Notes: generated from the sequence alone by a model not told the origin. Shown: positions 17,023 to 28,149, numbered from the stretch's first letter. The stretch: DNA of 64,000 nucleotides from an uncultured delta proteobacterium (GCA_963822965.1 CAWGJT010000005.1:64001-128000); one strand, 5' to 3'. Translations and numbers: made by a program.

Positions 17023-18261
17023 ATGGCAAGAAGAGACGATCTGCTGATCGGGCTCGACATCGGGACGACCAAGATCTGCGCGGTCGTGGCGGAACGGACC
17101 GAGAACGGCGTGGAAATCGTCGGGATCGGAACCCATCCGTCCCACGGTCTGCGCAAGGGCGTGGTGGTGGACATCGATTCCACCGTGCGCTCCATCAAGC
17201 ACGCCGTCGAGGAAGCGGAGATGATGGCCGACTGCGAGATCACCTCGGTGTATGCCGGGATCGCAGGCGGTCACATTCGCGGCTTCAACTCGCACGGCGT
17301 CGTCGCCGTGAAGGACGGGGAGGTGCGCGATCACGACATCAAACGCGTGATCGACGCCGCCAAGGCCGTGGCCATCCCGATGGACCGCGAAGTCATCCAC
17401 GTGATTCCGCAGGAATTCATCATCGACGAGCAGGACGGAATCCGCGAGCCCCTGGGCATGCACGGCGTGCGGCTCGAGGCGCACGTCCACATGGTGACGG
17501 CCGCCGTCACGAGCGCCCAGAACATCGTGAAGTGCGCGAACCAGGCGGGGCTCAACGTGTGCGACATCGTGCTGGAGCCGCTGGCCTCGGCCCAGGCGGT
17601 GCTGGCGGACGACGAGCGCGACCTGGGGGTCTGCATGATCGACATCGGGGGCGGGACGACGGACATCGCCGTCTTCTCCCAGGGCTCGATCAAGACGACC
17701 GCCGTGCTCGCCCTGGGCGGCTACCACCTGTCGAACGACATCGCCGTGGGGCTGCGGACGCCCTTCGACGAGGCCGAGCGCATCAAGAAGAAGTTCGGGG
17801 TGGCGTCGGCCCGGTACCTGTCGAGCGACGACGTGCTGACCGTCCCCAGCGTCGGCGGACGCCGGCCGCGGGAGATCTCGCGCAAGATCCTGTGCGAGAT
17901 CATCGAGCCCCGGGTCGAGGAGATCCTGTCCCTGGCCCGGCAGGAGATCGCCAAGTCGGGGCTGGACGGGGAGATCCCGTCCGGCGTGGTGCTGACGGGC
18001 GGGGCCTCCTGCCTGGACGGCATCACGGACCTGGCGGAGGAGATCTTCGAGGCCCCCGTCCGGCTCGGGATGCCCATGAACGTGGGCGGCCTGCAGGACG
18101 TGGTCCACAGCCCCATGTACGCGACCGGCGTCGGCCTGGTGCGGTTCGGGTTCAGCCAGCGAGCCGAGCCGGCCAGCCGCTTCCGCATCCGGGACGACTC
18201 CATCTTCGGACGGGTGAAGCAGCGGATGCGGGACTGGTTCTACACCGACTTCATCGAGTGA
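17023..18261 (+). CDS. ftsA: Cell division protein FtsA
   Basis: GLDIGTTKICAVV, GLRKGVVVDI, IDIGGGTTDI, GVVLTGG, C-terminal amphipathic RVKQRMRDWF; intact ORF. Confidence 0.97.
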   Translation: MARRDDLLIGLDIGTTKICAVVAERTENGVEIVGIGTHPSHGLRKGVVVDIDSTVRSIKHAVEEAEMMADCEITSVYAGIAGGHIRGFNSHGVVAVKDGEVRDHDIKRVIDAAKAVAIPMDREVIHVIPQEFIIDEQDGIREPLGMHGVRLEAHVHMVTAAVTSAQNIVKCANQAGLNVCDIVLEPLASAQAVLADDERDLGVCMIDIGGGTTDIAVFSQGSIKTTAVLALGGYHLSNDIAVGLRTPFDEAERIKKKFGVASARYLSSDDVLTVPSVGGRRPREISRKILCEIIEPRVEEILSLARQEIAKSGLDGEIPSGVVLTGGASCLDGITDLAEEIFEAPVRLGMPMNVGGLQDVVHSPMYATGVGLVRFGFSQRAEPASRFRIRDDSIFGRVKQRMRDWFYTDFIE

Positions 18262-18449
18262 GCTGGACGGTGTAGGGCCGCGACATGGCGGCAAGACGAT
18301 CGGGATCGAAAACGCTCCCGATCGAGACAAAAACCGATTGATTCTGTTACATTGGGCCCACTTTCGCGAGAACGCCCATGAGCAAGCGCAAGCACGGCAA
18401 CAGACGGCGGAACAAGCGTGGAAGAGGCGCCCGGGGGGGTGAGAGGAAC

Positions 18450-19880
18450 ATGTCGAAGCACAAGAACAGGACGACGAATGCGACGGACGGCGGACGGCGG
18501 GAAGAGTCCCTGGACCTGCTCGAGCTCGGGCCGGACGAGGGTCAGGATCTGCTGGAGTTCGAAGGCTCGTCGCACCAGAAGGCGACGATCAAGGTGATCG
18601 GCGTGGGCGGGGGCGGCGGCAACGCCATCAACACGATGATCGACTCGGGACTCTCCGGCGTCGAGTTCATCGCGGCGAACACCGATGCACAGGCCCTCAA
18701 GTACAACCGGGCGACCGTCAAGATCCAGCTCGGGGCCGAGGTGACCCGGGGACTGGGCTGCGGCGCGAACCCCGACCGGGGTCGCGCGTCGGCCCTGGAG
18801 GCGCGGGATCGCCTGCGGGAGCAGCTCGAGGGGGCGGACATGGTGTTCGTGACCGCGGGCATGGGAGGCGGCACCGGGACCGGCGCGGCCCCGATCGTGG
18901 CGGAGGTCGCCCGCGAGATCGGCGCCCTCACCGTGGGCGTGGTCACGAAGCCCTTCCTCTTCGAGGGCAAGGTGCGGACCCGGCACGGGGAGCGGGGCAT
19001 CGACGAGCTGCACGAGGTCGTCGACACCCTGATCACCATCCCGAACCAGCGCCTGCTGACCCTGGCCGGCAAGGGCACGGGGATGAAGGACGCCTTCAAG
19101 CTGGCGGACGACGTGCTGCTGAACGCCGTCCGGGGCATCTCGGACCTCATCACCGTGCACGGGCTCATCAACCTCGACTTCGCCGACGTCCGGACGGTGA
19201 TGAACGAGTCGGGGGTGGCGTTGATGGGCAGCGGCGTGGCCTGCGGAGAGACCGGGGCCGTGGATGCCGCGCGGGCGGCCATCTCGAGCCCGCTGCTCGA
19301 GGACCTCTCCATCGACGGAGCCCGGGGCGTCCTCATCAACGTGACGGGCGGCACCGACATGACCCTCTTCGAGGTGAACGAGGCGTCGGTGCTGATCCAG
19401 GAGGCGGCCCACGAGGATGCGAACATCATCTTCGGCGCGGTGATCGACGAGGACATGCCCGACGGCGAGATGCGGGTGACGGTGATCGCCACCGGCCTCG
19501 ACGACGAGCGACGCCGGCGGGCCTCGCTCCCGAGCGAGCGAGCGAGCGAGCGGGAGCGGGAGCGGACGTCGGTGAGCGTCGGCTCGTCGCGCGGGACGTC
19601 GCAGCGCGAGCCGGTGCCGGTCTACACCCAGGCGGCCGTCGAGGAGCCCCGTCGCTACGCCGAGCCGCCGGCGCCGAGCCAGGCCCCGGTGGGGCAGCCC
19701 TCGCTGCCCTCCGCGGAGCCGCCCCCGCAGCGGCGGGAGGAGTCGGCGGCGGCCCGCCGGGTGAACGAGGTGGCCATGAATGCGGCCGAGATGGCGCACT
19801 TCGCGGCGGACTTCGCTTCGCCCTTCGAGGACGAGCTCGACACACCGGCGTTCCTGCGCCGGCGCGCGTCGGAGAACTGA
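18450..19880 (+). CDS. ftsZ: Cell division protein FtsZ (alternative start 18378)
   Basis: [35 protein letters not shown]-terminal [18 protein letters not shown] precedes ATG 18450. Confidence 0.97.
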   Translation: MSKHKNRTTNATDGGRREESLDLLELGPDEGQDLLEFEGSSHQKATIKVIGVGGGGGNAINTMIDSGLSGVEFIAANTDAQALKYNRATVKIQLGAEVTRGLGCGANPDRGRASALEARDRLREQLEGADMVFVTAGMGGGTGTGAAPIVAEVAREIGALTVGVVTKPFLFEGKVRTRHGERGIDELHEVVDTLITIPNQRLLTLAGKGTGMKDAFKLADDVLLNAVRGISDLITVHGLINLDFADVRTVMNESGVALMGSGVACGETGAVDAARAAISSPLLEDLSIDGARGVLINVTGGTDMTLFEVNEASVLIQEAAHEDANIIFGAVIDEDMPDGEMRVTVIATGLDDERRRRASLPSERASERERERTSVSVGSSRGTSQREPVPVYTQAAVEEPRRYAEPPAPSQAPVGQPSLPSAEPPPQRREESAAARRVNEVAMNAAEMAHFAADFASPFEDELDTPAFLRRRASEN

Positions 19881-19932
19881 CCCCGGCCGACGGGGTTGAG
19901 GCCCTGACGGCCCGCACGGCTTCGCGGGCCGC

Positions 19933-20053
19933 GCGCGGGCCGTCTTCTTTCCGGGGCCGCGCGGGCCGTCTTCTTTCCGGGGCCGCGCGGGCCGTCTTCT
20001 TTCCGGGGCCGCGCGGGCCGTCTTCTTTCCGGGGCCGCGCGGGCCGTCTTCTT
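19933..20053. repeat. 26-bp tandem repeat (4 full copies plus a partial copy), no spacers
   Basis: Unit GCGCGGGCCGTCTTCTTTCCGGGGCC at 19933, 19959, 19985, 20011; partial copy at 20037. Confidence 0.95.
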
Positions 20054-20133
20054 CGCGGCCCCTCCCCGCTCTCGTGAAAAACACGGCCCCGGCGCTTGAC
20101 CGGGGGAGCCGACAGCGCGAGCTTCCGCGCCCC

Positions 20134-20961
20134 ATGAGCCAGACCGGATCACCCGCCGAAGACCCCGTCCTCACGACCCGCGAAGGCGACGTCGTGACGA
20201 TCACCTTCAACCAGCCCGATCGCCTCAACGCCATGACCCAGGCCATGGGCGAGGCGTTCGCGGATCGGATCGCGACCCTGCGCCCGGACGAGAGCATCCG
20301 CGCCGTGATCCTGACCGGTGCCGGCCGGGCCTTCTCGGCAGGCGGTGATCTGGAGATGATCCGCGACAAGGCGGTCCAGGGTCGGGAGGCGCCGGGCCTC
20401 GCCCGGCGTCCCATCCGGGACAGCATGCGTTCCTTCTACAAGCTCTTCCTGGCGGTTCGCGAGCTGCCCTGCCCCACCCTCGCCGCCGTCCACGGACACG
20501 CCATCGGCGCCGGGTTCTGCGTCGCCCTTGCCTGCGATCTGCGCATCGTGGGCGAGCGCGCGAAGGTGGGGCTCAACTTCACGAAGCTGGGCCTGCACCC
20601 GGGTATGGGCGCCACCTGGACGCTGCCTCGCCTGGTCGGCCCCGGCCTGGCCGCCGAGCTGCTGTTCTCGAGCCGGCTCGTCGACGGGGCCGAAGCGGTC
20701 CGCATCGGGCTGGCCAACCGCTGCCTGCCGGCGGAAGAGGTGGTGCCCGAAGCCCGGCGCCTCGCCGGGGAGATCGCCGTCTGCGCTCCGCTCCCGAACC
20801 GGGCCTTGAAGCGGGCTCTGGACCGCAGTCTCAGCGCCAGCCTGGAAGACCAGCTGAGCTTCGAGGCCAGCGAGCAGGCCGTCAACTTCGAGAGCGAGGA
20901 CGTCCACGAGGGCATCGCCGCCGTCCGCGAGAAGCGCGATCCGCGCTTCCGAGGCCGATAG
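20134..20961 (+). CDS. Enoyl-CoA hydratase/isomerase family protein
   Basis: ITFNQPDRLNAM, LTGAGRAFSAGGDL, AAVHGHAIGAG, EGIAAVREKRDPRFRGR. Confidence 0.92.
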   Translation: MSQTGSPAEDPVLTTREGDVVTITFNQPDRLNAMTQAMGEAFADRIATLRPDESIRAVILTGAGRAFSAGGDLEMIRDKAVQGREAPGLARRPIRDSMRSFYKLFLAVRELPCPTLAAVHGHAIGAGFCVALACDLRIVGERAKVGLNFTKLGLHPGMGATWTLPRLVGPGLAAELLFSSRLVDGAEAVRIGLANRCLPAEEVVPEARRLAGEIAVCAPLPNRALKRALDRSLSASLEDQLSFEASEQAVNFESEDVHEGIAAVREKRDPRFRGR

Positions 20962-21107
20962 CAGCGATCGACGCCCGAACTGTGAGTCCCGCCACGATCC
21001 ACCGGGAAAATGCGGCCGAACCCTAAAGAAGCTGGCCGAACGTTCGAAATAGGAGAAGAGCGCTGCGGGGACGCAAGAGCGCCCCAACCGGCTCTGTGGG
21101 GGGAATC

Positions 21108-21194
21108 GTGACTCGAGCGCTGCGAAGCAACAGCCTCTGGCTGGTCGTCACCTACGTGGGCCTGATCCTGCTGATGGCCCGGGCGTACACCTAG
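21108..21194 (+). CDS. Putative 28-aa single-TM small protein
   Basis: GTG...TAG encoding MTRALRSNSLWLVVTYVGLILLMARAYT; GGGGGGA just upstream; almost all codons end in G/C. Confidence 0.5.
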   Translation: MTRALRSNSLWLVVTYVGLILLMARAYT

Positions 21195-21248
21195 CGAGCG
21201 AGAAGCCTGCTCCGGCTCGTCGAAGCCGGGCCGACGGCCGACCGCGCG

Positions 21249-21692
<444 letters not shown>

Positions 21693-21813
21693 GGTGCTTC
21701 GCTCGCTCCTGATCCGGTTCGGATTCCGGCAAAGGGTGCCTCGGAAGACCGCGGTCTCCGAGGGGGCGGTACGGTAGCGGATCGATCGGCCGTCGCGACC
21801 CGCGGACGGCTCA

Positions 21814-21960
21814 GAGCCTGTGAAGGAATCCTCGACCGAGTCAGGCGCTGCGCCGGCGGGTCGGATGCAAGGCGCGACGACGAGGCGTAGCGCGCTTCGG
21901 CGAGGAGGAGCAACGCCGCAGACGGCCCCCTGGCGACCGAGAGGATTCCTTCACAGGCTC
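21814..21960. mobile_element. MITE-like element with perfect 20-bp terminal inverted repeats and TCA flanks
   Basis: GAGCCTGTGAAGGAATCCTC (21814-21833) and GAGGATTCCTTCACAGGCTC (21941-21960); TCA at 21811-13 and 21961-63; too short for a transposase. Confidence 0.8.
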
Positions 21961-22941
21961 TCAGCCCACCTCGAGAATGATCTTCCCGAAGTGCGCGCTC
22001 GACTTCATCACCCGGTGGGCCTCGCCGGCCTGGCCCAGCGGAAGGACCCGGTCCACCACGGGCCCCACGCTCCCGGATTCCAGGGCGGCTCCGAAGGCGG
22101 ACCGGAAGCCTTCGACGATGCCGGCCTTGGTGTCCTCGGACAGGGCGCGGAGCGTCGAGCCGATCACCTGCAGCCTCCGGCCCAGGAGCTGCCCCAGCCC
22201 GATCTCCGCCCGGGCGCCCCCCATCAGGCCGATCAGCAGCAGCCGGCCTTCGAGGGCCAGGCTCGCCAGGTTCTTCTCGAGATAGGGGGCCCCGATGGAG
22301 TCCAGCACCACGTCGACCCCGCGGCCGTCCGTCGCCTGTCGGACCGTCTCGACGAAGTCGTCCTCGTTGTAGTTCGCCGCGGCATCCGCCCCGAGCGCGA
22401 CGCAGCGCCCGCACTTCTCGGCCGAGCCGGCGGTGACGATGCAGGTGCCCCCCCAGGCCTTCACCAGCTGGATGGTCGCGGTGCCGATGCCGCTGCCCCC
22501 GCCGTGGACCAGCACCGATCCCGGCTTCGGCAGGGCGCCGAGCTGGAAGACGTTGCGGTAGACGGTGAGCATCACCTCGGGCAACGCCGCCGCCTCGGGG
22601 TAGGAGAGATGGTCCGGGATGGGCATGACGCTGCCGGCGTCGACGACCACCTCGGACGCGTAGCCACCACCCGGCAGCAGGGCCATCACCCGGTCGCCCG
22701 GCTTCCAGGCCGAGACGCCGTCCGCCACCTCCGCCACGTCGCCCGCGCACTCGAGCCCGATGATCTGCGAGGCGCCGGGCGGCGGCGGATAGAGGCCCTG
22801 CCGCTGCAGCAGGTCGCCGCGGTTCACGCCGGCGGCGCGGGTTGCGATGCGGATACAACCCGGCCGCAGCGGCGGAGCCGCGACGTCTGCCAGCTTCAGG
22901 ACCGACTCGTCGCCCGGCGCCTCGAAGACGATCGCCTGCAC
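21961..22941 (-). CDS. NAD(P)H-quinone oxidoreductase, PIG3/MDR family
   Basis: AAGVNRGDLLQRQGLYPPPPGAS, LVHGGGSGIGT, IGSTLR, HFGKIIL. Confidence 0.92.
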   Translation of the reverse strand: MQAIVFEAPGDESVLKLADVAAPPLRPGCIRIATRAAGVNRGDLLQRQGLYPPPPGASQIIGLECAGDVAEVADGVSAWKPGDRVMALLPGGGYASEVVVDAGSVMPIPDHLSYPEAAALPEVMLTVYRNVFQLGALPKPGSVLVHGGGSGIGTATIQLVKAWGGTCIVTAGSAEKCGRCVALGADAAANYNEDDFVETVRQATDGRGVDVVLDSIGAPYLEKNLASLALEGRLLLIGLMGGARAEIGLGQLLGRRLQVIGSTLRALSEDTKAGIVEGFRSAFGAALESGSVGPVVDRVLPLGQAGEAHRVMKSSAHFGKIILEVG

Positions 22942-22945
22942 GGGA

Positions 22946-24124
22946 TCAGCTCAGGTCTTCTCGCGTGTAGTCGAAGAGACCGCGCGCGATGATGAGCCGC
23001 TGGATCTCACCCGTCCCCTCGTAGATGTCGGTGATGCGGCAGTCGCGCATCCACTTCTCGAGCAGGTGCTCGCGCGAGATGCCCATCGGGTCCGATCAGC
23101 TCCACGCAGCCCTGGGTGATCGCACGGACCGCCGAGCCCGCGTGGGCCTTGCACACCGACGACTCCATGTTGTTGGGCTTGCCCTCGCCCGCCAGCCAGG
23201 TGCAGTGCAGCGTGGTCAGCTCGGAGGCCTCGTAGAGGCCCTCGAGGCGCATGAACCGCTCGGCCACCGCCGACTGCGCCCCGATCCCGCTGCCGTACTC
23301 GAGGGAGACGCCGGCCTTCTCGAGCTCGTCGCCGGGTGAAGTCCAGCGCGGCGCGGGCCAGACCGAGGCCCATGGCGGCGGTGAGGGGCCGGGTCATGTT
23401 GAAGGTCTTCATCACGCCGCGGAAGCCGCCGGAGCTCTTCTTCGGAATCGTCTCGTCGAGACCCAGCAGGTTGTCGCGGGGGATGCGGCAGTCCTTGAAG
23501 ACGTAGCAGGCCGTGTCGTCGGAGCGGATGCCGAGCTTCTTCTCCTTGTGCGGCACCTCGAAGCCGGGCGTGCCCTTCTCCACCAGGAACGACTTGATGC
23601 CGGCGCGGCCGGCCGACTTGTCGATCGTCGCCCACAGCACCACGGCGTCGGCGCGGATGCCCGTGGTGACGAAGATCTTCTCGCCGTTGATCACCCACTC
23701 GTCCCCGTCCAGGGTGGCCGTGGTGGACACCATCGAGGGATCGGAGCCGCAGCCGGGCTCGGTGATCGCCATGGAGAGCGTGAGGTGGCTCCACTTCTCC
23801 TTCTGCTCGGGGGTGCCCGCCGCCGACAGGGCCGCGTTGCCGAGGCCGCCGCCCTTCGACTGCCGGAGCCGCACGGAGTAGTCGCCGTAGTACTGCCCGA
23901 TGGCCTGCAGGGCCATCATGACCGGCGGCGCCGTGTCGTCTCCCTGACTCGGCCGGGAGAGGCGCGAGGTTCGCGTAGTAGTCCTCCGCCTCGGGCAGCT
24001 CGTCCGGCGGGAACTCGCCCTCGTGCTCGTCGTAGTAGCGGGCGTACTTGCGGCAGATGAGCGCGGCCCCGCGCGTGCGCTCGAGCTGGGCCTTGTCGTG
24101 TTCGGTCAGCGTGAAATCGATCAT
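22946..24124 (-). CDS. Acyl-CoA dehydrogenase, FadE23-like (frameshifted)
   Basis: MAITEPGCGSD, INGEKIFVT, KKLGIRSDDT, MKTFNMTRP, and in the last frame DCRITDIYEGTGEIQRLIIARGLFDY. Confidence 0.88.
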
Positions 24125-24197
24125 GGGGTCTCTCCGATTCGAGGAGGAGGAGGCTCGTAGGGATACGATCAGGGAGCTCTCGGTTCGTGCACCCCGC

Positions 24198-25295
24198 CTA
24201 GACGGCGAGCAGTCCCTCGAGCACGCTCGACGGTGCGCGCGTTCCGGAACCACATCTCCACGGGGTGCTCCCGGATGAAGCCGTGGCCGCCCAGGGTCTG
24301 GATCCCGTTGTCGGTGATCCACATGGACTTCTCGGCGCAGTAGGCGCGGGTCAGATGCGCGGCGCGCGTCACCTCGAGCCCCTTCTCCAGATGGCTCGCC
24401 GCCTTCCAGGTCATCAGGCGCATGGCGTCCACCTCGATGTGCATGTCCGAGAGCCGGAAGGCGATGGCCTGCTTCTTGGCGATGGGCTCGCCGAAGGCCA
24501 CGCGATCCTTGACGTAGGGGATGCAGTACTCGAGCACCGCCGCGAGACAGGCCCACCATGACGGCGCTGAGCGCCACGCGGGAGCCGTCGAGGATGCGCC
24601 GGACGTCCGCGCCGGCGTCGCCGCCGAGGCGCGCGTCCTTCGGCAGCTCGACGCGCTCGAGCTCGAGACCGACCGTCGTCAGCCCCCGGAGCCCGAGGTT
24701 CAGCTCGGGCTCCGAGATCGCGAAGGCCTTCGGCGTCGCGGGGCACCACGAAGGCGTCCAGGCGCTCGCCGTTGCGGGCGGTGACCAGGAAGTGACAGGC
24801 GCGGTCGCCCAGGGGCACCAGGGTCTTGGCCCCCGAGAGCACGAAGGCGTCGCCCTTGGGCTCCGCCACGGTGCGCGGCCGGGAGGCGTCGAAGAGCGGC
24901 CCGGGCTCCACCACCGCCAGGGACGCCGCGTGGAACTTCTCGGTGCAGAAGAGGGGGAGAAGGGTCTTCTTCTGGTCCTCGGTGCCGAAGTCGAGCACAG
25001 CGTTCGCGAAGCCCGAGGGCGAGACCGCGGCCGCCGCCAGGCTGGCGTCGCCGAAGGCGAGCTCCTCGAGCACGACGACGTTCGTCACCGACGAACGCTC
25101 CTCGCCGCCGCCGCCGTAGCTCTCGGGAATCTGCGTGGAGGTGAGACCGAGGTCCCAGACGCTCTGGAGCAGCTCGGCCGGGATTTCCGACGCCTCGTCG
25201 CAATCGCGTGCGATCGGGCGGATCTGCTCCGCCGCGAAGTCGCGCATCGCCTCCCGAACCATTTCCTGCTCTTCGGTGGGTCCAAACGAGATCAC
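24198..25295 (-). CDS. Acyl-CoA dehydrogenase, FadE24-like (frameshifted)
   Basis: ISFGPTEEQEMVRE, YVKDRVAFGEPIAKKQAIAF, QTLGGHGFIREHPVEMWFR; AAGGAG upstream of the GTG start. Confidence 0.86.
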
Positions 25296-26078
25296 TGCGG
25301 TTCTCCTTCGTTCGTCGCCCGGTCGGCCGGGGCGGACTTCTCCTGCTGGTCGGAGCCGTTGCCGACCGAGCGGTGGATCTGGTGGAAGTAGTGGTCCATC
25401 GCGGCGTCGCTGCCTTCCTTGGTCATGCGACCGCTGCGGACGAGCTCCCGGGCGTCGACGAGCCCGAGGGCGAGGGCGCACCAGGTGCGGGCCTCGGCGG
25501 TGTACCGGACGTCCGCGCGCTCGGCGAAGTCCGGGCAGCACGGTGCAGTGGCCCTGCTCGATCTTCACCGTCCAGACGCCGCCGCCCTCGCCCGTCAGGC
25601 GGATCTCGAAGGTGACGTCGGCGTCGCGCGCGTTCTCCTCGCGCAGCAGGAAGGGCAGCGATTCGATGATCGACTGGGGCGAGGTCTCGGTGAACCGATC
25701 GGCGTCGATGCTGAGGGCTTCGCGTCCGTGACGCGTGAACCAGCGCGCGATGGAGGCGACGATCGGCTCCAGCGAGCGGCCGAGCTCGGTGATCGCATAG
25801 CCGCCCCGGCTGCCCTCGAGACCCGTCACGAAGCCCTGCTCCGTCAGGTCCTTCAGGCGGCTCGACAGGACCCGCGGCGCGATGCCGGTGCGCATCCGCA
25901 GCTCCTGGAAGCCCTTCGGGCCGAGCAGCAGGTGTCGGACCAGCACCAGGCTCCAGCGGTCGCCGATGGCGTCGAGGGCCCGGCCCACCGGGTCGTAGAT
26001 GGCGCCCGGCCGCGGCACTTCCCGCCGGGAGGACCCGGGAGACACCGCCTCGCTCGCGTAGGGCGCGCCGCCAGTCAT
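25292..26078 (-). CDS. HxlR-family wHTH regulator fused to an SCP2 lipid-binding domain (frameshift near 25530)
   Basis: DPVGRALDAIGDRWSLVLVRHLLLGPKGFQEL...LSSRLKDL...YAITELGRSL, then SCP2-like TFEIRLTGEGGGVWTVKIEQG...ADVRYTA. Confidence 0.82.
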
Positions 26079-26139
26079 GGTTCGAGTATCTAACAAATAT
26101 CTTCTAGATATTCAATCCATACCGAGATGGATATCCATC

Positions 26140-27093
26140 AGTGACCCGCAAGTCACGCAGGCCGGGGCGCCTCGGGAGGGGGTGCGGGACTGGCGGCTCT
26201 CGTCCGGCTCGGTCCGGCCTGGATTCGGGAAACCGCACCTGGAAGCCCGCGCGCTGGCCGGTGGCCCCGGACGGGTAGGTGTAGACGGCACCCTCCACCC
26301 GGTACTGCTCCGGGGTGCTGGCCGAGCCCAGCCCGGGAGATGGTTCGAACGCGGGTCGCGGTGGTGTGACCCCGCGGTGCTCGGTCTCCATCTCCTCCAC
26401 CCGCAGGTCCGGCGCCGAGGATCGGGAAAGCACGCCAGGCCTGCCGGCGGATCGCCCGCCCACTCGAGCTCCAGCTCGAGATCCCGCTGCCCCTCGGACG
26501 CCGGTCTCGCCCCAGACGGCGCGCGTCGTGGCGAGACCCGGGGGCGGCTCACCGGGCAGCTGCGCGAGCCAGGGGGCGAGGGCCGGTTGGGGCGGCGCCG
26601 GCGGCTCACCGACGGTCAGGTCGAGGGAGGCGCGACTCTCACCCGGCACGCACGAGAGCTTGCACGCCACCCAGTCCACCCGCGCCGACACGGGATAGGA
26701 GGTTCCTGGGCCGGCGGCGGGCAGCGCGAGCCGCACGGCAGCCCCACCGTGCCCTCGTAACCGAAGTCGACGCCCACTCCGGGATAGTCGAAGCGCGTGG
26801 GCAGCGGCCACTGCACCGGACCCGCCGTGACGTCGGGGGGCAGGTCGAGGCGCACCCGCAGCGGCTGGCCGCTGAAGCCGGGGTGCCGCCAGTAGACGTG
26901 CCAGCCGGGCTGGAGCTCCAGGATCGCACCGATCCAGACGCTTCCCCCGCCCTCGGGCGCCGGCCCTTCCGCCACCAGCCGAAGCGAGACCGGAGAGTCG
27001 CCCTCGACCCGGGCCGCGTCGCGGCACGCGGTCTGGTACAGGGACAGGACCGACCAGCACCGGCACGAGAGGCGAGAAGAGGAGGCGTCTCAC
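26140..27093 (-). CDS. DsbD N-terminal domain-containing protein (frameshifted; end approximate)
   Basis: LELQPGWHVYWRHPGFSGQP, VQWPLPTRF, FGYEG, VDWVACKLSCVP. Confidence 0.75.
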
Positions 27094-27953
27094 GATCCGC
27101 TCGCGACCCGCTCCGGCTCCGCGGCCGCGCCGAGCGGCGGCAGGACGACCCGATAGCGCGAGCGAAGCTCCCGGGACAGGCGCAGGCGCGCCGCCTCGCG
27201 CTGCTCGGCCGACCACTCGCGCTCCACGTCGGCGCGCACCTCCGCGAGCGCCGGGAGCCGACCGGGCTCCCGTGCGGTGACCCGGACGAGGTGGAGCCCG
27301 AAGGTCGAGGCGACGGGCCCGCTCCACGCGCCCACGGGCAGGGACGCCAGCCGCTCGGCCAGGGCGGGGCCGAAGGTGGCGGCCACGTCGCGGGGTATGG
27401 CGTTCGAGAGGGATCGTGGAAGCAGGGTGGGATCGCCCGCTGCGGCCGGAACCGGGCCGGGATCCGCACGCAGCCGCACCAGCAGGGCGTCGGCCCGCCC
27501 CGGCGCGGCAGCGCCGTGCCGTTCGGGGCTCACCAGCACCTGCTCGAAGCTCACCCGTTCGGGCAGCGCGAAGCGTTCCGGGTGACGTTCCAGGAACGCG
27601 CGCAGCTCCTCGTCGCCGGGTGCGCGGTCGCTGAGGTCGTCGTTCAGGAACTCCAGCTTCTGGCGCATTCGCCGCCGCACGACCACGTCGTCGCGGTCCA
27701 GTCCCAGCGCCAGGGCCTCGCGGTAGAAGACCTCGTCGGTCACGAAGTCGTCGACCAGGCCCTGCAGCTCGCTGGGCGTCGGCCTCCGCATCCAGGTGCG
27801 CTCGAAGGCTCCCGCCAGGCTCGCCACGCGCTCCTCGCTCACGACGATGCGATCCGGGCCCTGCCGGTCGCCCGCGAAGAGCGCGTGCAGCGCGAAGAGC
27901 ACCGTGCCGGCGACGAAGAAGTGGAGAAGCGGCTCGCGCAGGAAGGCCTTCAC
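27090..27953 (-). CDS. PpiC/parvulin-type peptidyl-prolyl isomerase domain protein
   Basis: LREPLLHFF, EVFYREALALGLDRDDVVVRRRMRQKLEFL, WSGPVASTFGLHLV. Confidence 0.85.
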   Translation of the reverse strand: MKAFLREPLLHFFVAGTVLFALHALFAGDRQGPDRIVVSEERVASLAGAFERTWMRRPTPSELQGLVDDFVTDEVFYREALALGLDRDDVVVRRRMRQKLEFLNDDLSDRAPGDEELRAFLERHPERFALPERVSFEQVLVSPERHGAAAPGRADALLVRLRADPGPVPAAAGDPTLLPRSLSNAIPRDVAATFGPALAERLASLPVGAWSGPVASTFGLHLVRVTAREPGRLPALAEVRADVEREWSAEQREAARLRLSRELRSRYRVVLPPLGAAAEPERVASGS

Positions 27954-28149
27954 GCCGCCGTCCTCCGGCCGCGCGCACGGATCGACGGCAACGCTCGACA
28001 AGGATGAGGTCTCGCAGCTTCGCAACCCTCGCGGCCCTCGGAGTGGCTTCGCAGTGCAGTATAGGAGCTCGCCGCAGCGGGCCGGCCCTCCCCTGTCCAG
28101 GCGCCCGAATTGCCGGCGCCGGCGCACGTCCCTACGCTCCCGACCTGCC

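Noticed and set aside
19933..20053. 26-bp repeats as a CRISPR array
   Set aside because: The units are directly adjacent with no spacers, and there are no cas genes in the window.
16630..20426. Long antisense ORFs opposite ftsA and ftsZ (and similar ones opposite typA, imuB, dinB, dnaE2)
   Set aside because: Typical stop-poor shadow frames in GC-rich DNA, with no recognisable motifs.
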